A program made the translations under genes and the position numbers. The notes beneath the pieces are model-generated. The model did no database searches. It was not told the origin of the DNA and saw only the letters and a list, made by a program, of their open reading frames with translations. DNA of 64,000 bases from an uncultured Actinomycetota bacterium (GTDB lineage: Bacteria; Actinomycetota; Actinomycetes; JAHEKZ01): assembly GCA_963829525.1 (NCBI GenBank), contig CAWHIJ010000003.1, forward strand, positions 2,560,001 to 2,624,000, written 5' to 3'. Of the stretch, positions 57,987 to 64,000 are shown in pieces; within the stretch, counting starts at the first letter, position 1; each line of letters starts with the position of its first letter.

Positions 57987-58733
57987 TTGTCGCCCAGCCC
58001 TCACCGCTCGGCCGCCAAGACCGCGCCAGCAGCAACGACAGCCCCGGCCGTCGACCACGAGGTCCTCGCCGTCGTTCTGCAGGTGGCCGACGCTGCTCTG
58101 CACGTCCTGCTCTGGCAGCACGATCGCGGACCGGCCGCCGGGTCGTGGGCCCTTCCTGGCGGCCCGCTGATGGTCGACGAGACCCTGGGTCAGTCCGTCG
58201 CCAGACAACTGGCCCAGAAGGTCGATGTCCGGCATCTGGCGCACCTGGAACAGCTGGAGACCCGCAGCGATCTCGATCGGGACCCACGCGATCGAGTATT
58301 GGCGACGGCCTACCTCGGGCTGGTGCCAGCCGACGAGCGGTCGATCCTGCCAGCCGATACCCGCTGGCACGAGGTCAACGCGCTCCCTGTCATGGCGTTC
58401 GACCACGCCTCGATCACCTCCAGTGGTGTACGCCGGCTTCGAGCCAAGCTCAGCTACACCAACCTTGGCTTCGCGCTGGCTCCTGCCGTCTTCACCGCCT
58501 CCGAGCTGCAGACGGTGTACCAGGCAGCGCTGGGACACGAGGTCTCAGCTACCAACCTCAAACGCATCCTTCTGCGTCGTGAGCAGATCGCGGCAACCGG
58601 AGAACGCACCTCACCCGGTCGCTCGGGGGGACGTCCGGCCGCCGAGTACCGATTCCGAACCCGTCACATCGAGGTGACAGACCAGTTCGCTGTGCTTCGT
58701 CCTCCCGAGCCACCGCGTACCCTCTCGGGGTAA
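57987..58733 (+). CDS. nrtR: NrtR-family Nudix-wHTH transcriptional regulator
   Basis: WALPGG, degenerate Nudix box, RDPR, AFDH, AKLSYT, C-terminal wHTH (ELQ.VY...NL.R...GGRPA..Y); divergent from nadABC. Confidence 0.88.
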   Translation: MSPSPHRSAAKTAPAATTAPAVDHEVLAVVLQVADAALHVLLWQHDRGPAAGSWALPGGPLMVDETLGQSVARQLAQKVDVRHLAHLEQLETRSDLDRDPRDRVLATAYLGLVPADERSILPADTRWHEVNALPVMAFDHASITSSGVRRLRAKLSYTNLGFALAPAVFTASELQTVYQAALGHEVSATNLKRILLRREQIAATGERTSPGRSGGRPAAEYRFRTRHIEVTDQFAVLRPPEPPRTLSG

Positions 58734-59263
58734 TGACGACGCCAGCGGCCGGGGACGGCAACGCCAATCGAGGGCTTGCGCAGCGACTGCGGCGCGGGAC
58801 GGGAGAGCTTTCGCGATTCGGTGTCGTCGGTATCGGCGCCTTCGTCATCGACGTCGGACTCTTCAACCTCCTGGTGCACGTCGGCGACCCTGGCCTCCTG
58901 GCCGATAAGCCACTGACCGCGAAAACGATCGCGGCGGTGGTCGCGACGGTCTTCGCGTACCAGGTCAACCGAGAGTGGACGTGGAAGGACAGAGGCCGCC
59001 GAGGTTTCTGGCGCGAGTACTCGCTCTATTTCCTGTTCAATGCGATCGGGCTCGTCATCACCTTGCTGCCGCTCGCTGTGTCGCGCTACCTCCTCAATCT
59101 CGACTCAGCCATCTCGGACAACATCTCCGCCAACGTGATCGGCGTCGGCCTCGGGACGCTCTTCCGCTTCTGGTCGTACCGCCGCTGGGTCTTCCCTGCC
59201 ATTGAGGAAGAACCGAAAGTGCGCGGGCCGACGGCTCACCAAGGCGAGCCTGCCACCGACTGA
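58733..59263 (+). CDS. GtrA-family membrane protein
   Basis: RFGVVG...D..LFN.L, NR.WT, FRFWSYRRWVF. Confidence 0.9.
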   Translation: MTTPAAGDGNANRGLAQRLRRGTGELSRFGVVGIGAFVIDVGLFNLLVHVGDPGLLADKPLTAKTIAAVVATVFAYQVNREWTWKDRGRRGFWREYSLYFLFNAIGLVITLLPLAVSRYLLNLDSAISDNISANVIGVGLGTLFRFWSYRRWVFPAIEEEPKVRGPTAHQGEPATD

Positions 59264-60416
59264 GACTGCCGCGTCCTGCGCAGCGGCCAGCCCAAGCCCG
59301 GTGCCTCCGGCACCGCTGACGTCTCGCTCGAACACATCGGCGGCGATCGCGTCCGGGACACCGGGGCCCTCGTCGAAGACCTCGATCCACGTCGTGCCAT
59401 TGGGCCGGTGCGCCTCAACCGTCGTCACCCCACTGCCGTGGAGAAGGCTGTTCTCGATCAACGCAGCCATCACCTGGCCGACCGGACCTGGATCGACTGT
59501 CGGTGGGTGTCGGCAGGTCGATCCGCGCCTCTAGGCTGCGCGCCGCAGCCTCGAAAGCCGGTTTCCACTCCTGCATCTGCTGATCGAGTACCTGGCGGAG
59601 CGGTTCCTTGGGTCGCTTTGACTCTGGCGATCTTCTGTCGAGCAACAACTCGTCGACCACTCCGGCGAGCCGCTCCACCTGGTCGAGGGCTGCCTGTGCC
59701 TCCACCCTGACATCGACATCGTCGGGCCATGCAGCGAGCTCTTCCAGGCGCAACGACAGCGCGGTCAGAGGCGTCTTGAGCTGGTGCGAGGCATCGATTG
59801 TCATCCTTCGCTCCTCGGCAAGCAGCGCTGCGATCCGCAGGACTGATGCATCCATCGAGTCAGCCAGTCGGTCGAGCTCGGTGATGCCGTAGTGCTCGTT
59901 GGAAGGCCGCAGGTCGCCGGAGCTGAGCCGCTCAGCGTGAGCGGCTAGTCCTTCGATCGGAATGGTGAGCCGACGCGAGGTGCGAAGAGCGAGGACCGTC
60001 GCTATCAATGCCAGTACCAGCCCTATCCCGACTATGACGACGCTGGCGTTCAAGTGGTTGCGTGAAAGCGTTCCGGTCGTGTCGATGAGTCGCAGTGTGC
60101 CTACCCCGCCGATGACTTCCTCAGCCACAGGGCCGCTTGTCGAGTTGCTTCCGACCACCAGCTCGGCGCCATCTGTTGTCGTGAACTCGATCCGGTGCCC
60201 TGCAGGCAGGATGCCCTCCAGCACCTCAGTCGTCACCGCACCGCCAGCATGGAACTGAGTGTGGATCTTCAGCGCCAAATCATCGGCCTGGGCCTCGACC
60301 TGTTGCTGGGAGTTCGCGGCAGTTCCGACCCAGTCACCCCAGAACATCGCTGTCGTCATCAGCACGATCATTGCCAGGCTGACGCCCAGCGTCGTCTGCA
60401 GGATCTTTCGGCGCAC
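59105..60416 (-). pseudogene. Sensor histidine kinase with a frameshift near 59505 (possibly sequencing error)
   Basis: TM-HAMP-H-box (DASHQLKTPLTAL) in 59415..60416; HATPase (LIENSLLHG, DEGPG, GTGLGL) continues in another frame to 59105. Confidence 0.85.
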
Positions 60417-60418
60417 CG

Positions 60419-61087
60419 TCAGTCCTCCTCGAAGCGGAAACCGACACCGCGGATGGTGGCGATGTACCGGGCTGAAGAAACGCCATCGCCGAGCGCCCGC
60501 CGAAGCCAGGACACGTGCATGTCAACAGTCTTCGTGGAGCCGACCCAAGATGTCTGCCACACCTGCCGCATCAGCTCGTCGCGGCTCACAACATCACCCT
60601 TGCGGCGCATCAGGAATACCAGCAGGTCGAACTGGCGCTGCGAGAGCTCGACTTCCCGTTCTCCTTGCCACACCTGTCTGGCCCCGAGGTCAACGGTCAG
60701 ATCCTGCCCGCGGAGCGTCTCAGACTCCCCCTGCCCTCGACGAAGGAGCGCGCGGATCCGAGCCATCAGCTCAGCGGTGCGGAAGGGTTTGGCCACATAG
60801 TCGTCGGCACCGGCGTCCAGGCCGACAACGGCATCGATCTCCGACGCCCGCGCGGTCAGCACCAAGACCGGCACGGGAGAGCCCTCCGCCCTCAGGGTCC
60901 GACAGACCTCAAGGCCGTCCATGCCCGGCAATCCGAGGTCCAGCACGACAAGGTCACTCCCCCTTGCACCGCGAAGGGCGGCCACGCCATCTGCGGCGAT
61001 CTGAACCTCGTAGCCCTGCCGCCTCAGTGCGCGAGAAAGTGGCACGCTGATCGCGACATCATCTTCTGCCAGCAGGACGACGGTCAC
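60419..61087 (-). CDS. OmpR-family response regulator
   Basis: LLAEDD, LDLGLP, GADDYVAKPF, TKTVDMHVSWLRR, TIRGVGFRF. Confidence 0.95.
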   Translation of the reverse strand: MTVVLLAEDDVAISVPLSRALRRQGYEVQIAADGVAALRGARGSDLVVLDLGLPGMDGLEVCRTLRAEGSPVPVLVLTARASEIDAVVGLDAGADDYVAKPFRTAELMARIRALLRRGQGESETLRGQDLTVDLGARQVWQGEREVELSQRQFDLLVFLMRRKGDVVSRDELMRQVWQTSWVGSTKTVDMHVSWLRRALGDGVSSARYIATIRGVGFRFEED

Positions 61088-61127
61088 CAGGTGATCGTAG
61101 GTGTTGAGGCTTCGTTCGCTGCGCCCA

Positions 61128-61634
61128 TTAGTCGCCTTCCTGGCGCCGCCGCAGGTCGTCCTCCTCGTGCAGCCGGAAGATCTCGCGCTGAATCAGCTCG
61201 ACGTCGGGAACCGCAGCGATGAGCAGGCGGCCCGTCTCACCGGCGGACTCGACGATGAGATCGCCGCACCCGAGCATTCGGTCGATGACGCCGTAGCTGA
61301 AATGAACGTCGTTGACGCGTGCGAGCGGCATGTCCCGCCCTTGCCGCGCGACAATCCCCGAACGGATGATGACTCGCCGATTGGTGATCACGTACTGCGA
61401 TGTCGCCCATTGGATGACCGGCTTGATGACCCAAACCACCAACGCCACAAGGGCAGCACCCAGCAGAACCCACCAGGCCCAGTCCCATCCGCTCGGGACG
61501 TTTGCTGCAAGAAAGGAGGTGGCGAAGACAAGGAGGACCAGCGCCACAGCGGGAAAGAAGAGGATGCGCCAGTGGGGACGCATGTCGTAGACCACGGTCT
61601 CGCCTGCGGTCAACAACTTCGCGGGGTATGCCAT
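61128..61634 (-). CDS. Bacterial PH (bPH_2) domain membrane protein
   Basis: LL..GE.V....RPHW, two TM, YVITNRRV...G, RMLGCG.L.VESAG. Confidence 0.88.
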   Translation of the reverse strand: MAYPAKLLTAGETVVYDMRPHWRILFFPAVALVLLVFATSFLAANVPSGWDWAWWVLLGAALVALVVWVIKPVIQWATSQYVITNRRVIIRSGIVARQGRDMPLARVNDVHFSYGVIDRMLGCGDLIVESAGETGRLLIAAVPDVELIQREIFRLHEEDDLRRRQEGD

Positions 61635-61697
61635 AGATGCATGGTGACAGAGCCCGTCAGGTGGCGCAGCATGCTCGGGCAACAACGACCCCAGGGA

Positions 61698-62516
61698 TCA
61701 GTTTGCCTCGTGGCGGAGGTGGACCACGTCTGCGGCAGCAACAACGTGCTCGCGCCCTTGCGCCTGAACCACGAGACCACCGCCGGCGTCAATCCGCGTT
61801 GCCCTTCCCTCCAGCTGGCCTCCGTCAGGCAGATGCAGGCGTACATCTTGACCGAGTGTGCTCGAGTAGCGCGTGTAGGCCGTGACAAGTCGGCCGTCGT
61901 CAGCGGCCCACCGGAGGTACCACGACTCCCACGCCGCTAGCACGCCCACGAGCAGGGCAGGTCGGTCGACCCTGCCACCTTCCATCCGCACCGACGTGGC
62001 GGTGTCAGCCGGCATCTCATCGGCCACCTGATCGACGTTGATCCCCCAACCAGCAACGATCGCGCTGCCACCCGGAGCAGGGACAACCTCGCAGAGCACG
62101 CCCGCGATCTTGCGGTGGCCCGCCAACACGTCGTTCGGCCATTTGACCGTCGCCGATACCCCGAGCTGTCCCAGTGCGTCGACGACTGCCAGCGCAGTGA
62201 GCAGCGGAACCCATCCCCAACGTGCGGGCTCGACGGATGGCCGGACGAGAACGCTCACCATGACCGATGTGTACTGCGGCGCCGACCAACTGCGTTCGTG
62301 CCGACCGCGCCCCGCTGTCTGCTCCTCAGCAACGAGAACGGTGCCGCTGGCTCCCCCAGCGCTGGCCAGCTGAACGAGCGTCACATTGCTCGACTCGACC
62401 GAGTCGGCCACCTCCAATGACGTCCAGAGGCCCCCAGGGGTGACCACCTGCCCCGACAGAGCCTGGGCATTCAGTGGCGTACGCGGGGCGGAGGAATGAG
62501 ACGTCGAGTCGGACAT
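61698..62516 (-). CDS. birA: Biotin-[acetyl-CoA carboxylase] ligase
   Basis: AEEQTAGRGR..R.W, KWPND, KIAGVL, GINV, A.DVVHLR. Confidence 0.95.
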   Translation of the reverse strand: MSDSTSHSSAPRTPLNAQALSGQVVTPGGLWTSLEVADSVESSNVTLVQLASAGGASGTVLVAEEQTAGRGRHERSWSAPQYTSVMVSVLVRPSVEPARWGWVPLLTALAVVDALGQLGVSATVKWPNDVLAGHRKIAGVLCEVVPAPGGSAIVAGWGINVDQVADEMPADTATSVRMEGGRVDRPALLVGVLAAWESWYLRWAADDGRLVTAYTRYSSTLGQDVRLHLPDGGQLEGRATRIDAGGGLVVQAQGREHVVAAADVVHLRHEAN

Positions 62517-62562
62517 CGGTCCACCGTACTGAGGTCAGATCAGCCACGAAGGTGTGAGAACC

Positions 62563-64000
62563 TCAGCGCACCGAACCAGCCTCCAACGCAGCCAGCGCCA
62601 TGAGGGCTCGAAGCGACAGCTCGTAGTCCGCCATCGGTGCACTCATCGCGTCCCCGATGATCTCCAGCAACCAGCCCTCACCGTCAGGGTCGGTGATGCC
62701 GGCCATCAACAGCGTTGTGGCTCCAATGCCATCCAGCATCGCCAGCTCTGCAGGATCGGTATCGGGATCGCCAGCATGGAGTGCAACCACACGACCGTCG
62801 AGCGCAAAGGCGGTCTGCGGGTAGTCGGTAAGCCTGTACTCGTTGCCCACATCAGAGGTGAGTTCCTCGCCAGGTCGTGATGGGTCACGGTGGATGGCGT
62901 GCCGGACGGTGCGGACAACACCCCTCTCCAGGTCAGCCCGCGAGATCCACCATCCCAACGGATGACACTGCTCAGCCACCTCCTCGGCCACAAGGATCAA
63001 CCGATCCTCGACCCCTCGGTCGCGAGCATCATCCAGCGCGGACATGCCGCCACGAAGCAACCGCGCGGTATCGGAGAGGTCGCGACCGCGGAACATCCGG
63101 CGGTCAGCTGCGGCAATGGGAGCCTGGCCAGCCTGATGGGCTGCGACCCCGGCCGGCAACCCTCGCCCTGCGACGATCGGGACCGTCGCTCGACTTCGCT
63201 TGGCCCGGTACTGCGCCGCATCAGCAAGACGAAAGAGACGGCCCGCGGTACCGACTTCGCCGACGTCGTCATCAGTCGATGCGACACCACACGACACACC
63301 CTCAAGGGGAGAACGCAGCACCAGACGGCAAAGCTCGTGGGCCGCCTCCACAACTAGGTCAGCTGAGACATCGGAGACCACGATGCAGAACTCGTCGCCG
63401 CCGAGCCTCGCAGCCACTGCCCCCGGCAAAGACGAAGCTGCCGAGCCGAGCATCCCCGCGAAGCGAATGAGGGCCCGATCTCCTGCATCGTGGCCCTGCT
63501 CGTCGTTGATCCGCTTCAGACCATTGAGGTCACACACGATCAGGCTCACCGACGCCTGATCCGACCGGTGCCGGCTCATCGCGATGTCCAGGTTCTCGTC
63601 GACGGCACGGCGGTTGCCGATTCCGGTAAGCGGATCTGTGTGCGCCATCCGGTCGACGTTGTCGAGATGGTCGGCGGTCGCCAGAGCGGCACCGATCTGC
63701 GCTGCCACGACTAGGGCGAGGTCAATGTCGGCCTCATCGAAACACGGTTGGTCTGCGGTGCGAGACAGGAAGAGCTCGCCCCAGATCCGACCGTCCATCG
63801 GAATGGGAGCGCCAACGCTGCAGTGTTTGTCGAGGTCGCGCAGAAGTTGGACGTCGGCGTCGTCTGGGTCACCGTCATCGAGGTTCGTTGCCCACCCGGT
63901 CAGCTGGTCAGCGAGCACCTGGAGGTGCACGTAGGTATCAGCGGAGTAGATCTCGTCGACTGGATCGGATACCTCTCTAGGCCCAAGTAGTCCGTCGTTG
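62563..64000 (-). CDS. GAF-GGDEF(-GAF-like) diguanylate cyclase, 5' end beyond the window
   Basis: The frame stays open to 64000 (NDGLLGPREVSDPVDEIY...); DPLTG..NRR, DLNGLKRIND..GH..GD, RLGGDEF, ADAAQY.AK. Confidence 0.92.
   Translation of the reverse strand, partial: NDGLLGPREVSDPVDEIYSADTYVHLQVLADQLTGWATNLDDGDPDDADVQLLRDLDKHCSVGAPIPMDGRIWGELFLSRTADQPCFDEADIDLALVVAAQIGAALATADHLDNVDRMAHTDPLTGIGNRRAVDENLDIAMSRHRSDQASVSLIVCDLNGLKRINDEQGHDAGDRALIRFAGMLGSAASSLPGAVAARLGGDEFCIVVSDVSADLVVEAAHELCRLVLRSPLEGVSCGVASTDDDVGEVGTAGRLFRLADAAQYRAKRSRATVPIVAGRGLPAGVAAHQAGQAPIAAADRRMFRGRDLSDTARLLRGGMSALDDARDRGVEDRLILVAEEVAEQCHPLGWWISRADLERGVVRTVRHAIHRDPSRPGEELTSDVGNEYRLTDYPQTAFALDGRVVALHAGDPDTDPAELAMLDGIGATTLLMAGITDPDGEGWLLEIIGDAMSAPMADYELSLRALMALAALEAGSVR

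Overview
High-GC (by eye roughly 67-70%) Actinomycetota chromosomal segment from the conserved hpf-comF-lpqB-mtrB-mtrA ... ahcY-manB-whiB-cofD-fbiB ... LCP-purE-purK ... birA region. It contains about 56 protein-coding genes, and I could not recognise any rRNA, tRNA, CRISPR array or transposase. Housekeeping content is MtrAB-LpqB, SAH hydrolase, GDP-mannose enzymes, F420 biosynthesis (fbiA/fbiB plus an fbiC broken by two compensating 1-nt frameshifts), purKE, nadABC with NrtR and its operator, BirA and a GGDEF protein. The most interesting under-described elements are: (i) a tandem amidase and SpoIID/LytB pair, each ending in three copies of the same ~115-125 aa module I cannot name, inside an LCP/Wzm-Wzt/GDP-Man locus, a candidate glycopolymer-anchoring system analogous to CWB2/SLH; (ii) the complete 7-gene MoxR-DUF58-DUF4350-DUF4129-SpoIIM-RDD module; (iii) a small secreted protein plus two-component system inserted among the F420 genes, with a candidate direct-repeat box; (iv) a Zn-ribbon microprotein behind a sigma28/WhiG-like promoter; (v) a DUF222-HNH gene behind a PafBC-type promoter with an 18-bp tandem repeat; (vi) nadABC/NrtR inserted so that it overlaps purK. 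All family assignments come from motif recognition and synteny; no database searches were run.
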